A stretch of 64,000 bases of DNA from Oligoflexales bacterium (GCA_044236265.1 JBIIGV010000233.1:1-64000), one strand, 5' to 3'. Positions 1 to 9,983 are shown, counted from the stretch's first letter. Notes: a model not told the origin generated them from the letters alone. Translations and numbers: made by a program.

Positions 1-153
1 CTTGATAAGTTTGACGGTCATGCTGAAACGATGAAGAACATCATGCACGATTTTAATGAACAAAATCTCCAGAGACCTGTGGACGATCGCACGCTTCTCG
101 TGTTGTCATGGAAGCGTGACGAATATCTTTCGCAGCCAAAAAAGACTGCATAA
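1..153 (+). CDS. 3' end (partial) of a probable SpoIIE/PP2C-family protein phosphatase
   Basis: Frame +1 reads LDKFDGHAETMKNIMHDFNEQNLQRPVDDRTLLVLSWKRDEYLSQPKKTA, with TAA at 151-153. DDxTLLVL is the typical C-terminal metal-binding motif of PP2C/SpoIIE domains. Only 50 codons are visible. Confidence 0.6.
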   Translation, partial: LDKFDGHAETMKNIMHDFNEQNLQRPVDDRTLLVLSWKRDEYLSQPKKTA

Positions 154-179
154 GTGGGCGAAGATCCCGCGGAGGTCAG

Positions 180-1355
180 ATGCTTTTAAATCCACTGAGG
201 AACTCTTTTGACCTCAATATAGTCATCATCCTGTTTTCTATGTTGTGTGGCTGTGTCACGTCTAATCCAAGAGCCAGCATTTCCGCAGAGGGTCCAGAGT
301 ATTGTCGACAGCTGAAGAAAGCCCAGGACTGGGATGATCCCATTAGAGCCTTGAACAATATTTCCCGATTCCATGAAAAAGGTTGTTATCAAGATGTCAT
401 CGAGCAGGTCGAAATTGCCCGTGGAAAATTAAGTCACAAAACCCATTCGATTCTGAAGGAAGGTTTAGAGTTTCTGATACCAGAGGGAAAACTTACGGAC
501 TACGTCCTGGAAAGTTATGAGCGTGGTTACCTATCGTTTTTGGCTGCTACGTCATACCTTCACACTGAAAAAATTGAATCAGTCACGCCTGAATTGAATA
601 AGCTTTACAACGAAGAATCCGCCTTGACGTATAACCACGGCCGAGATCCTGTAAATGCCCTCATCCAAGGTGCGATGTGGGATAACTTTAGTAAGCCTGG
701 ATTCTCGTCTAGACCATTTTGGCTTTGGTTGTCCAAAAGCAATGATATTAGTCCAAAGGCTAGGGCGTTTGCCAAGGCTCAGATTTCCAGGATTGATTCG
801 CAGGCAGCTGAAAACAAATCAAAAGCCCTCTGGAAAATTTACGAGGTGGGTCGTTTCCCGGCACTAGACTGGGAGATGAAGTTCCTAGATAACGAGCATG
901 GTTACTTTAAAATTCGTCCAAAACAGCAGTTTCCCGAAACCTGTACCCAAAATGGCGCAATTTTATTACCAACGACCTCATGGTTTACGAAAATAAGTCG
1001 CCGACACGCCTATAGTTATCATCCTTTAGTTAACGCAAAGAGTTGGATTCGTCTGCCCATTGGTGTTTTTTTGGGGGTGAGTACATTTACGGTAGGAACG
1101 TCAATTGCTGTTGGCGGATGTGTTGCTGATGCCAGTGCCAAAATGTCGGGTGATCTGTGTAAATTGAGTCTTCATGGCGGAAAGGCTGTCATCGAATTGT
1201 CGCCGAAAGTAGTGGACTACGCTTTACAACCTGATTTGAGACACTGGGAAGAATTGCCAGCAGCAGTAGCTTTGGTTCCTGTCGACATGGATAATGGAGC
1301 TGCTTCGGAGTGCTTGCGGTCATTTCCCGCCGGTTTCGTCCGACGTGTTCTATAG
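180..1355 (+). CDS. Hypothetical lipoprotein, possibly COG3014-like
   Basis: 391-aa ORF with GGAGG just upstream. A hydrophobic N-terminus ends in LCGC (lipobox-like). The segments YERGYLSFLAATSYL and PDLRHWEELP recall COG3014 motifs (from memory). Confidence 0.6.
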   Translation: MLLNPLRNSFDLNIVIILFSMLCGCVTSNPRASISAEGPEYCRQLKKAQDWDDPIRALNNISRFHEKGCYQDVIEQVEIARGKLSHKTHSILKEGLEFLIPEGKLTDYVLESYERGYLSFLAATSYLHTEKIESVTPELNKLYNEESALTYNHGRDPVNALIQGAMWDNFSKPGFSSRPFWLWLSKSNDISPKARAFAKAQISRIDSQAAENKSKALWKIYEVGRFPALDWEMKFLDNEHGYFKIRPKQQFPETCTQNGAILLPTTSWFTKISRRHAYSYHPLVNAKSWIRLPIGVFLGVSTFTVGTSIAVGGCVADASAKMSGDLCKLSLHGGKAVIELSPKVVDYALQPDLRHWEELPAAVALVPVDMDNGAASECLRSFPAGFVRRVL

Positions 1356-1571
1356 CTGATAGTTTTGACGAATTATAAGCTGGCTTCGGTTTTTCCTCAG
1401 AAATGTAACGCGCTTTTCAAGCAAATTATGGACTAATTTTTTGATAGGACCCTCAGCATTCGCAGGGTTTTTGTAGTTCCCGACATTGGTTTTAAATTTT
1501 AGATGTTGCGGCATCTAAGATGGCTAAGGCGTGCGCATGCTGGTTTGAATGGGTGGGACGATTTTGGACGT

Positions 1572-1616
1572 AAAAATGTCCCATAAGTTGACATTTTTCG
1601 CATCCTATTTGAAAAT
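1572..1616 (+). promoter_or_regulatory. Inverted-repeat operator overlapping a sigma70-like -35 element
   Basis: AAAAATGTC (1572-1580), a 9-nt spacer, then GACATTTTT (1590-1598) form a perfect 9-bp inverted repeat. TTGACA is at 1588-1593 with GAAAAT 17 nt later (1611-1616), upstream of the 1699 ORF. Confidence 0.45.
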
Positions 1617-1698
1617 TCAGTAGGCGAAAGATTAGGCCAAGGGTCCCGGTTATTTTTGAGAACGTGAAGCTTACTAACTCAGGTGATTCAGGAGCTGA

Positions 1699-2355
1699 TT
1701 GATGAGTTACAAAAGATATTTTTCGGCCTGTCTATTGGTTGCCAGCTGGACGGCGCTATCGCTCTCGAGTTCTTGCCTGCCGTCTCAACAGGGATTTACG
1801 TCGGGGGGAGGGCGCAGTGGAGGCGCCGGTTCCGTGAAGCCCCAGGATGAAGGTAGCACGCCTTCAAACTGCACTGAATCAAAGCTCCAATCAGTGAAAA
1901 GTATGACCCAGTTAGTTGATCAGAATAAAGCTGGTGAGTTGTTTCTTGATCTGACGTTTCTTCCCTGCCCATCTCAGAAAAAGCAGCAGGATGTCACACT
2001 GCAAATGGATATTGATGGTCAAACCTATTCACTACCGCCCCATGATGGACTAAGTTATGGAGTGATAGTCAATTCTGAAATTGTCGGAGGCGTGCGGACG
2101 ATGACCCGCATCAAAGATCAGGACATTTTTGGAAAAACGGGCCAAGGCTATGACTACTATCGCTCAGACGCTAACTTAACGATTGGCTCAGATGTGACAA
2201 ATGCGACCATTCAAATAAAAATGGGAAGTCAGAAAGTGGCAGTTCCATCAGGCGGTTTGACCGGTGATAGTTCTAAAAGTTTTTCGGTACCTGTCTACTT
2301 TAAACTCGGTGAGAATGAGCCAGTCAAGTCGATGATCAGCTTCTCTGTCCGTTAG
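1699..2355 (+). CDS. Hypothetical lipoprotein
   Basis: 218-aa ORF with a GGAG RBS (start TTG 1699 or ATG 1702). The signal peptide ends LSSSC and is followed by a Gly/Ser-rich tether and a beta-rich domain. Confidence 0.7.
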   Translation: MMSYKRYFSACLLVASWTALSLSSSCLPSQQGFTSGGGRSGGAGSVKPQDEGSTPSNCTESKLQSVKSMTQLVDQNKAGELFLDLTFLPCPSQKKQQDVTLQMDIDGQTYSLPPHDGLSYGVIVNSEIVGGVRTMTRIKDQDIFGKTGQGYDYYRSDANLTIGSDVTNATIQIKMGSQKVAVPSGGLTGDSSKSFSVPVYFKLGENEPVKSMISFSVR

Positions 2356-2468
2356 ATTTAAACAGTTTGAAGCTCTGAATTCTTCGTATTAGCTCATCTG
2401 TTCGTACAATAGGTCAGTGCTTCTACGGCTTACGATCGATTTACTTGAATAAAATTTCTCCTTGGTTG

Positions 2469-2512
2469 AGCAGCGTAACCAAATTCGAACTTCGTTTAAT
2501 TTGGCCGCTGCT
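2469..2512. terminator. Stem-loop between convergent genes
   Basis: Imperfect long hairpin AGCAGCG..CCAAATT.GAAC-TTC-GTTT.AATTTGG.CGCTGCT between the stops at 2355 (+) and 2530 (-). No clear U-tract. Confidence 0.45.
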
Positions 2513-2529
2513 GCGATCATAAAATTTGC

Positions 2530-2925
2530 TTAAGGCGCGGAGCAGGTCCAGCCAGTTGATTTCAGCTTCTCAACGAACTCACCGGCCTTCTGTTCGCAAT
2601 AGCCTTCCTGGGCAGCTGCGCTGTAAAGCACCTTTTCTTCTCCGCTGGCCGCATCGCGTACGTAGTTAACTTTGCAAGGTACCTTGGAGCCCTCTTTTTC
2701 GTAGGCGACGCGAATCGTGCGTTTGGCATTGTCCATGGTGCAGCTGAAGTCAGTCGCGGATGGTGCAGTGTTAGCCGATGGCGCGGCCTCTTTGGACTCT
2801 TTTGTAGGTTCGCTGGCTTTCGGTGCATCCGCTGGCTTATCTGCAGCAGGAGTTCCTTCATTAGCCATAGATGAAGCGGACATAGTTAGGAAAATAGTCA
2901 TGGCTAGAGATGTTCTTGTTAGCAT
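2530..2925 (-). CDS. Small secreted hypothetical protein with a 4-Cys domain
   Basis: 131 aa with a GAGGAG RBS. Sec signal (SSMA), an Ala/Pro/Glu/Lys-rich linker, then a ~70-aa domain with four Cys (FSC, VPC, GYC, WTC). Confidence 0.8.
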   Translation of the reverse strand: MLTRTSLAMTIFLTMSASSMANEGTPAADKPADAPKASEPTKESKEAAPSANTAPSATDFSCTMDNAKRTIRVAYEKEGSKVPCKVNYVRDAASGEEKVLYSAAAQEGYCEQKAGEFVEKLKSTGWTCSAP

Positions 2926-3060
2926 CAGGTGAGCTCCTCATGGGATAGAGTTTATGATCGATAGATGATCGCGAAAAACAGAACAATTTCAAAGTGAATT
3001 TGTTAGTGAAATTTCCAATAAGGGCAAGGGTCGAGAAAATTTAGAGAAAATCAAAAGCCG

Positions 3061-5661
3061 TTAGGAATTAAGCAGGCTGGTGATGGTTGATTTTTTGACG
3101 GACCTGGTCGCCAGCAAAGTAAGGCCGAGACATATCGGAATGATGATAAACCCTGTCAGTGCGGAGTTTAATTCGAGGGACGTCCACGTGGTTTTTAAGA
3201 TGAGCGTTGCAACAGCCCAGCTGGCAAGCGCTCCGAGGGAGATTCCGAAAATAACTGCTGCCGAGGAGATGATCCCGTATTCAACGAGCAGAGCCTTTAA
3301 GGCGTCATTTGACGTCGCGCCCAAAGTTTTCAAGATCGCCACTGATTTAAATCGTTCAATTGATTGCGCATACGCAATTGCATAAAGAACCCCGGCACCA
3401 CCAGCAAGCGCTAGCCAGGCGACGATCCCCACGGCGATACTGATCTGATCAATAAATTTCATAAGTCGTTGTACGGCAGCTTTGACATCGACAGCGCTGA
3501 CGTTTGAGTGCATTTTGACGAGTGCGGCCTGTAGTCGGTCTATATCGTTCGGGTTAATTCCAGAGGCACTGCCTACCCAGATCTTCGGGGCATCGTCCAA
3601 TACTCCAGGTTGTACCAGGATCATGAAGTTTGGTTCAAACGACGTCCAACGCACTTTGCGGATGCTGGTGACCTCGCCAGTCACGGGTACACCCATCACA
3701 TCAAATTTGATGCGGTCACCGATTTTTACACCTACGCGTTTTGCAAATCCCTCTTCTATCGATAGTGCAGGTAGACCCTGACCTGAGAATGGTTCGGTCG
3801 GGTACGTTCCTGTTATAATCGACTCGGCAGAACTTAATCTTGAGCGGTAAGAAAGATTTTGTGTTCTGGCCTGTAGACCTTCCCGCTGCTGCTGCTCGCG
3901 CTCACCCTCAAAGTCCATTTTTCTTTGATCGATACTGACGTCATTGATAGATTCCAGACGAGCTCGAACCATTGGCGACATAACTCCCGTCGTCGCACCA
4001 TTCGACTCAAAAAAACTTTTAACGGAATCAACTTGATCATCTTGAATGTCAAAGACGAATAGCTGGGGGATGACCGAATCTGGCCGTGATATTTCCCTAG
4101 CAATGATTGAGCGGAGCTGAGGTATGAGATTAATCAGAGAGGTGCCGAGAGCCAGTGCGAGAAACGTGCTGACGGACGCACCTTTATTGCGGCTCATTTG
4201 GCGAAGAGCTAGGGAGATGAGCCAAGACATTTTCTTCCAAGCGGAGGCGATGACTCCTGCCCGTAGCAATGGGACTGCAGCTAACGAGAGTACTAAGGCA
4301 GACCCTACGCAAACGCCGGCAAAAATTGATCCCGTCGTCCATGATTTTGACTCGTGAACGGCTGTTAACCACCACAGCAAAACTGACGGCAGGTAGGCAA
4401 GAGTCGTTATTTTGCGTTGCGAGTCAGCACCTGTGCTTGCCTCTTGAAAAAGAAATCCTGGGCGTAAAAGCGATAGATGGATCAGTTGTGGTAAAGATAG
4501 TAGCAGGCCGCTCGTAATCGCAAAAAGAGATGTCACTAAAATTGATCCAACAGGAACGCTGAGATCGCTCAGGGTGCCAGCGATAGGCGCAAGTGATTTT
4601 GCGAGCACCGGAAGACCGGCGCTAGACACGGCAGCGGAGGCAAAGGTAGCCCCCAATCCCAAAAAAACACATTGAGTCACAAAAACCATTGGCGCGATCC
4701 AAGGGCTTGCACCCAATGATGAAAGTATTGCGAACTCTCTGACTGTTTTTCGTAAATGTCCACGCATGAGATAGCTGGTGCCAACGGCTGCCAAAAAAAG
4801 TGCAGAAAGTGCAATGAGTGACAGGTAGTCGTTAACATATGCTTGTAGCCTGGTGAGATCTTCTGACGCCTTGCTGTGCGAGCGCACTCGAAGGTCCTGG
4901 TGTCCAGGGAGAGGCGATAGCTCTTTTCGAATCTTTTCTACGAGCAAGTCAATATCTTGGTTTGTTGTTTGCGAAGGAAGTCGCATCCGAAATGTATGAA
5001 ATGATCGACTGCCAACCCCTAGAAGTTTTGTCTTAGGCAAGTCTTCAGAGCGGAGGAATATGCGTGGGGCGAACGAAAAACCTCCCGCGCCGGCAGTGGA
5101 GTCGTCAACAACGATGTCCTTCACGGTTAGTTCTGCCTCGCCGAGTTTCAGTTTTGAGCCAATGCTTACATTCATTTGTGTACGGAGCTCGCGGTAGATC
5201 CACATGTCTCCTGGGCTTAACTGTTGCGCTGCCCCAGGCGGAAGATCCCCCCCGGACTCAAGCGTTAAACCTTTGTACAGAGGATAGTTTTCATCCACAA
5301 AGCGCACTTCAACCAAACGGCTGAGTGCATCATTGGTGGCCATAGAAACTAGCGTAGTTTCCTGGGATAAAGTCGCTGCTGCAGGAGCGGAATTTTTGAT
5401 TTGATTCTGTAGTTGCTCCGTCCACGGTTGTCTGGACGAGATAACAATATCAGCTCCAGCTATTTGTCGTGTCCTTTGAGCTATCTCTGACCGAAACGAG
5501 CGATTAAAACCATCCACAACCATGAAGCCCGTTAGACCAAGAGCCATGTTAATCATCATGGATATGGAGAATGCCTTCTGCGTAAGCAACTGACGATAGG
5601 CTAGCTTTAGCGTTAATCGTGTAGACTGCATAAAGTTTTGATTCATTGCACTTGGTCTCAA
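3061..5661 (-). CDS. ybbP: YbbP-like ABC transporter permease (FtsX/MacB family, duplicated)
   Basis: 866 aa in two halves, each with a periplasmic domain and TM bundle. Motifs GADIVI, AILSSLGA / AILKTLGA, LFVFDIQ..Q, R.VRW.SF.PNF. Overlaps the upstream ABC ATPase stop codon. Confidence 0.85.
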   Translation of the reverse strand: MRPSAMNQNFMQSTRLTLKLAYRQLLTQKAFSISMMINMALGLTGFMVVDGFNRSFRSEIAQRTRQIAGADIVISSRQPWTEQLQNQIKNSAPAAATLSQETTLVSMATNDALSRLVEVRFVDENYPLYKGLTLESGGDLPPGAAQQLSPGDMWIYRELRTQMNVSIGSKLKLGEAELTVKDIVVDDSTAGAGGFSFAPRIFLRSEDLPKTKLLGVGSRSFHTFRMRLPSQTTNQDIDLLVEKIRKELSPLPGHQDLRVRSHSKASEDLTRLQAYVNDYLSLIALSALFLAAVGTSYLMRGHLRKTVREFAILSSLGASPWIAPMVFVTQCVFLGLGATFASAAVSSAGLPVLAKSLAPIAGTLSDLSVPVGSILVTSLFAITSGLLLSLPQLIHLSLLRPGFLFQEASTGADSQRKITTLAYLPSVLLWWLTAVHESKSWTTGSIFAGVCVGSALVLSLAAVPLLRAGVIASAWKKMSWLISLALRQMSRNKGASVSTFLALALGTSLINLIPQLRSIIAREISRPDSVIPQLFVFDIQDDQVDSVKSFFESNGATTGVMSPMVRARLESINDVSIDQRKMDFEGEREQQQREGLQARTQNLSYRSRLSSAESIITGTYPTEPFSGQGLPALSIEEGFAKRVGVKIGDRIKFDVMGVPVTGEVTSIRKVRWTSFEPNFMILVQPGVLDDAPKIWVGSASGINPNDIDRLQAALVKMHSNVSAVDVKAAVQRLMKFIDQISIAVGIVAWLALAGGAGVLYAIAYAQSIERFKSVAILKTLGATSNDALKALLVEYGIISSAAVIFGISLGALASWAVATLILKTTWTSLELNSALTGFIIIPICLGLTLLATRSVKKSTITSLLNS

Positions 5662-6359
5662 TTGCTCGTCTGTTGTTCTTCCAGCCTACCGTTGGTCATT
5701 TTCAGGATTCTTTGACAACGCTGCGCGAGCTCCATGTTGTGAGTGACCAGGATCATCGCCATCTCATGACGTGCTGCAACACTAAAAATAAGATCAGAGA
5801 TTTGCTTTCCCGTTTCTGGGTCAAGGCTGCCGCTTGGCTCGTCGGCGAGAAGTAAGGTAGGAGTCGTCACGATAGCTCGGGCAATCGCAACGCGCTGACA
5901 CTCGCCTCCGCTTAACGCCCCCGGTAAATGGTCTAATCGAGCGGAGAGTCCGACCTCCGCCAAGGCCTGGCGTGCTTTGACGCGAGCATCTTCTTTTCCA
6001 GCAATCTCTAAAGGTAGAGAGACATTTTCAAGGGCCGTAAGCGAGGGCATTAGATGGAACTGCTGGAAGATGATTCCCAAGGATCGTCCGCGCCAACGTG
6101 CTAACTCCAAATCGCTCAAACTGGCTATGTTAGTAGACCCAATAACTAAAGTTCCAGATGAAGGGCGATCGAGGGTTCCGAGAAGCGAAAGTAACGTGGA
6201 TTTACCGCTGCCACTCGGGCCGATAATCGCCAGAGATTGGCCACGACGAAGATCAAGATCAACACCTTTTAAGACATCAATGGGGCCTGCAGGCGTCGTC
6301 CATGTTTTCGTGAGTTTTTCTGCTTTTAGGACGATGTCTTGAGAGTTGGAGCTAATCAT
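5658..6359 (-). CDS. ybbA: ABC transporter ATP-binding protein (YbbA/LolD family)
   Basis: Walker A GPSGSGKST, signature LSGGECQR, Walker B LLLADEP, H-loop VTH. Lies between the TesA-like and YbbP-like genes. Confidence 0.9.
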   Translation of the reverse strand: MISSNSQDIVLKAEKLTKTWTTPAGPIDVLKGVDLDLRRGQSLAIIGPSGSGKSTLLSLLGTLDRPSSGTLVIGSTNIASLSDLELARWRGRSLGIIFQQFHLMPSLTALENVSLPLEIAGKEDARVKARQALAEVGLSARLDHLPGALSGGECQRVAIARAIVTTPTLLLADEPSGSLDPETGKQISDLIFSVAARHEMAMILVTHNMELAQRCQRILKMTNGRLEEQQTSN

Positions 6360-6958
6360 AAGAGACTTTCCAGAAATTTGGCGACGTGATCGGCAATGAT
6401 TTTGTGTCCCGAGACGTTGGGATGAATTCCATCTGGTAAATTTAACTCAGCTTTTGCTGCGACGCCGTCAAGCAGAAATGGCAATAATGGAAGTTTCAGT
6501 TGCTTGGCAAGAGTTGGATAAATTGAGTCAAATGATTTTGCATAGGCAGCACCTAAACTTGGTGGGACTTTCATACCAGCTAAAATTACTTTTTTTGCTC
6601 CAAGTTCTGTTGCAATCTGGGCCGTCTTCTCAAGGTTTTTACGGGCAGAGGTGACGTCTTGTCCCCTTAGTCCATCATTAGCGCCCAGAGCTAGAAAAAT
6701 CCAATCTGGTTTGAGCTGAGATTTCATGTGCCATCTTACGCGGGATGGTCCGCTGGCTGTGGTGGATCCACTAACGCCTGCATTAATAAGCGTGACGTTG
6801 TGCTTTTTTGCCTTGAGGGCCTTTTCTGCGACGGCGGGCCATGCGGACTCCTTCGGGACACCATAGCCTTCTGTTAATGAGTCGCCAAGGCAAAGAATGG
6901 TTGTCCCATGCGCTGGGAGCCCAAGACTTAGAATGACAACTAAAAAAAAGTATCTCAA
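6356..6958 (-). CDS. tesA: Arylesterase / acyl-CoA thioesterase I (SGNH/GDSL hydrolase)
   Basis: Signal peptide followed by the blocks LGDSLT, NAGVSGSTT, LGANDG and DGIHPN. Confidence 0.92.
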   Translation of the reverse strand: MRYFFLVVILSLGLPAHGTTILCLGDSLTEGYGVPKESAWPAVAEKALKAKKHNVTLINAGVSGSTTASGPSRVRWHMKSQLKPDWIFLALGANDGLRGQDVTSARKNLEKTAQIATELGAKKVILAGMKVPPSLGAAYAKSFDSIYPTLAKQLKLPLLPFLLDGVAAKAELNLPDGIHPNVSGHKIIADHVAKFLESLL

Positions 6959-6960
6959 AG

Positions 6961-7884
6961 TTATTCCCAGACCGACTCTGCAAGCAGTTTTGTGTCAGAG
7001 TACAAATCGTAAATATCCTGTGAGGCGGTATGACGCTTGAAAAGCATTTCTGTTTCGCCATCTCCGTCGAAGTCACCGGCATCCACTAACATCATATCTG
7101 AGCCAAGATAATGTATCTCTTTACTCGGTAGAATGCGAAATGTTTCTGTCTTGCGCGACTTAGGTATTGTTTGTATCGACACAATCAAACCATGTTTGAC
7201 AGAGGCCCAGGTGCGATGAATACGAACGTCTTTTTCATTAAATTGGTAGAAGTCTGCCTCGCTTTCCGGGCTCGCCATTTTTTTATTCAGTTCATCAATC
7301 ATTTGTTTAAGATGAGATCTTGATTTATCGGCGGTGGCTTGACGCCATTTATAAGGGTCAACGCAGGAGCTGCTAAGCGATGATTTAAGCAAGATCGGTT
7401 TATAAACGGGTGTGGCTAGCCATCCCGCGTAGTCAGCTGATCTTTTTGTGCGCCAGGGTGCACGATCCTCGGGTCGCAGGAGGTAGGGTGGTTTTGCGCC
7501 AGCTTCATTCTCTTTCTCCAGCATGGCCGTTAACTGACCTTCGGCTCGTCCGCCAAAACAGACGTCCCAGGAAAAAGCTTTCGGAAGAGCTACGACAGGA
7601 TTGCTATCTTGAAGTCTTGGGGCGGCCTGCCAAGGTTTCTTGTCGATACGCACAAAAAGAGGTCGCACCCGGGCTTCATACTGTGTGTCATTTTTGACTT
7701 CAGATTTTTCTTGTCCAGAGCCTACTGATTTTTTTTCATCAGCGGGCGCAGTTGTTTGATTTGGCGTCATCGGCCAATCTTCCAAAACACCGACCCAATT
7801 TGTCCATGCGAACGATGGACTGGCAATTAATATTGAGAAGATAGATAAGTAGCGCAACAGGAGCATGGATTCTTTCTCCCACAA
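6961..7884 (-). CDS. Secreted hypothetical protein
   Basis: 307 aa with a signal peptide ending SFA. A C-terminal DAGDFDGDGETE is an FG-GAP/DxDxDG-like Ca-binding motif. The stop lies 2 nt before the tesA start. Confidence 0.7.
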   Translation of the reverse strand: MWEKESMLLLRYLSIFSILIASPSFAWTNWVGVLEDWPMTPNQTTAPADEKKSVGSGQEKSEVKNDTQYEARVRPLFVRIDKKPWQAAPRLQDSNPVVALPKAFSWDVCFGGRAEGQLTAMLEKENEAGAKPPYLLRPEDRAPWRTKRSADYAGWLATPVYKPILLKSSLSSSCVDPYKWRQATADKSRSHLKQMIDELNKKMASPESEADFYQFNEKDVRIHRTWASVKHGLIVSIQTIPKSRKTETFRILPSKEIHYLGSDMMLVDAGDFDGDGETEMLFKRHTASQDIYDLYSDTKLLAESVWE

Positions 7885-7919
7885 CGGTTTAAGACATATG
7901 AGTGCTCACTCAAATGATA

Positions 7920-9227
7920 TCATGCGACGCGTTTGGAGCGGGAGTCGCGGCGCAGGTTTAGAGGTAGAATTTTTGCAGCCGCTTCGATAGACGGACGAAC
8001 GGTCATAAGTGTTGCAATTCCTGACTTTACTCGCAGATCTTTAAAACGGAACAAATGATGACGGCGTAGATACCAAAGAAGGCCAAATCCTGTCAAAAGT
8101 CTAAGAACGCCCGAAAATGCGAATAGAGTATGATAGCTATCTGTTAGTCGGAGAATGTAGCCCCCAGCGATTCCTCCTGCAACGCTTCCCAAACTACTTA
8201 AAGCTAAATAAACGCCGAGCTTCTGTGTAATACTGCGGGGATACATATTCTGAACAAGCAAAATACTGATCAAATCAAAGCCCGCCCAACTGAGTCCTGA
8301 AAGAATCTGCAGAAAGCTCAACCAAGGTGTACTTTCGTTAATAGCCCATAGAACCGGAACGGTACCGATTGCGAAGGTGGCGATAGCCAGGCCTTCAAAT
8401 TTTCGATTGTCGTCCAGAAGGCGTGCCCAGTTAGTCAGGCAGAGAGCCTTTGTAATCAACGGGAGTGCGGTCAAAAATGAGTAGATCGTAAATCCTAAAT
8501 CGATCTCCCGAAGCATGTATGTGGAGTAAAAAGGTGACGAGAGGTTGACGGCGCATCGAAACAGCATCATGACTAAACTTAATTTAATAATTGAAACAAC
8601 GGCCTCATCGGGCGGCACAGTAGCGGAGTGACTTAGGTTTAAGTGTGTTTTCTCTGCCGTTAGATAAATGAGAGACATCGAGATAAATCTTGTTCCAGCT
8701 GCAACAAGCAGGAACATGGCCATAACATTATTTGTTAGTCCTGTTTCCAAAATCCTCGCCGACGAGAGATTACAAACGAGAGTCAAAATTGTCATAAGCA
8801 TGGCGCGGCGACTGAAAAATCGATTGTGAAGAGAGGCATCAACGTTGTGCGCTAAAATTTCCTGAGTCGGGCTAGAAGAAGTCATTCCTCCAACCCAGTA
8901 CATGCACTGACCGATAAACATCCAGGTACTATGACCGCCTCTGATTGCGAGAGAGTGGGCCATGATTACGAGCCCAGCAATTTGCACAGCCATCGCGCAA
9001 AGAGCGAGGCGCTTTGCGTCGGAACAAAACTTTCTAACATTGGTGAGGGCTGCCTGTGACAGTGCTCCTAAAGCCGCTGGCACAGTAATAAATACAGCCA
9101 AGGTGACGGGATCCATATCTTGGCTGCCATAGTAGATCGCCAGCAGCACTTCGCTAAAGCCAATAGTCACACCGAGGCATAGTGCTTCGATATACCAAGC
9201 GGTGTTTTTTGATCGTGTGGACTGCAT
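7920..9227 (-). CDS. MFS transporter
   Basis: 435 aa with about 12 hydrophobic segments in two bundles separated by a polar loop, and a basic C-terminal tail. Confidence 0.8.
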   Translation of the reverse strand: MQSTRSKNTAWYIEALCLGVTIGFSEVLLAIYYGSQDMDPVTLAVFITVPAALGALSQAALTNVRKFCSDAKRLALCAMAVQIAGLVIMAHSLAIRGGHSTWMFIGQCMYWVGGMTSSSPTQEILAHNVDASLHNRFFSRRAMLMTILTLVCNLSSARILETGLTNNVMAMFLLVAAGTRFISMSLIYLTAEKTHLNLSHSATVPPDEAVVSIIKLSLVMMLFRCAVNLSSPFYSTYMLREIDLGFTIYSFLTALPLITKALCLTNWARLLDDNRKFEGLAIATFAIGTVPVLWAINESTPWLSFLQILSGLSWAGFDLISILLVQNMYPRSITQKLGVYLALSSLGSVAGGIAGGYILRLTDSYHTLFAFSGVLRLLTGFGLLWYLRRHHLFRFKDLRVKSGIATLMTVRPSIEAAAKILPLNLRRDSRSKRVA

Positions 9228-9311
9228 CCCCTAAGGATATCACGCCGGCGTCTTTGGTTGTGGCCGGCGTCGATGCAAAGCGCTGAAATTTCGAACAAAA
9301 TATGGCTAATT

Positions 9312-9935
9312 TTATGGTCGTCTAATCGATGATTTAATCATTTTTGCAAGCATATCGATTGTACGATCATTAAAGTGATCCCAATGCACGACAAGGTCAG
9401 CTTGATGCTTGGTTGGAGCTACGAATTGATCATGCATGGGCTTAACGGTTGAAAGATATTGTTTGATAACGCCCTCATTGGTTCGACCACGTTCATCGAC
9501 ATCGCGACGAAGTCTGCGAATGAATCGAACGTCGTCACTCACATCAACAAAAATGGCGCAATTCAGGTGTTTTCTTATTTCGGGGGAGTAAAGGGCGAAA
9601 ATCCCGTCAACTATGATCACATCTACAGGATCAAGTCTGGCGACTTTGGAGCTACGCGTGTGGCTGGCAAATTCGTAGGTTGGGCGATCAATCGCTTTAC
9701 CCATTGCAAGCTGCTCAACGTGGGACGCTAAAAGCTCCATTTCAAGGGCATCGGGATGGTCAAAATTGACCCTCTCACGGGCGGCTGGCTCCAAATGGGC
9801 CAAGTCCCGGTAGTAATGGTCTAGCTGAAAAATTGTGATGGCAAGGTCTGTGCACCGTTCTTGGATTTTGCGGGCTATGGTGGTCTTTCCCGATCCTGAT
9901 CCACCTGCAATGCCTATCATCAGTGGGGTTTGCAT
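9312..9935 (-). CDS. udk: Uridine kinase
   Basis: IGIAGGSGSGKTT, D.YY, NFDHPDA, RFIRRLRRDV.ERGR and VKPMH.QFV.PTK..AD motifs. GGAGG RBS. Confidence 0.95.
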   Translation of the reverse strand: MQTPLMIGIAGGSGSGKTTIARKIQERCTDLAITIFQLDHYYRDLAHLEPAARERVNFDHPDALEMELLASHVEQLAMGKAIDRPTYEFASHTRSSKVARLDPVDVIIVDGIFALYSPEIRKHLNCAIFVDVSDDVRFIRRLRRDVDERGRTNEGVIKQYLSTVKPMHDQFVAPTKHQADLVVHWDHFNDRTIDMLAKMIKSSIRRP

Positions 9936-9983
9936 GTTCTTGGACCTCCAAACCGGGGTGGATAATGCCTTCTAAGCAAGCCG

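Noticed and set aside
9242..9270. ACGCCGGC...GCCGGCGT inverted repeat between udk and the MFS gene
   Set aside because: The 8-bp stem has a long loop and no U-tract, so terminator, operator and chance cannot be distinguished.
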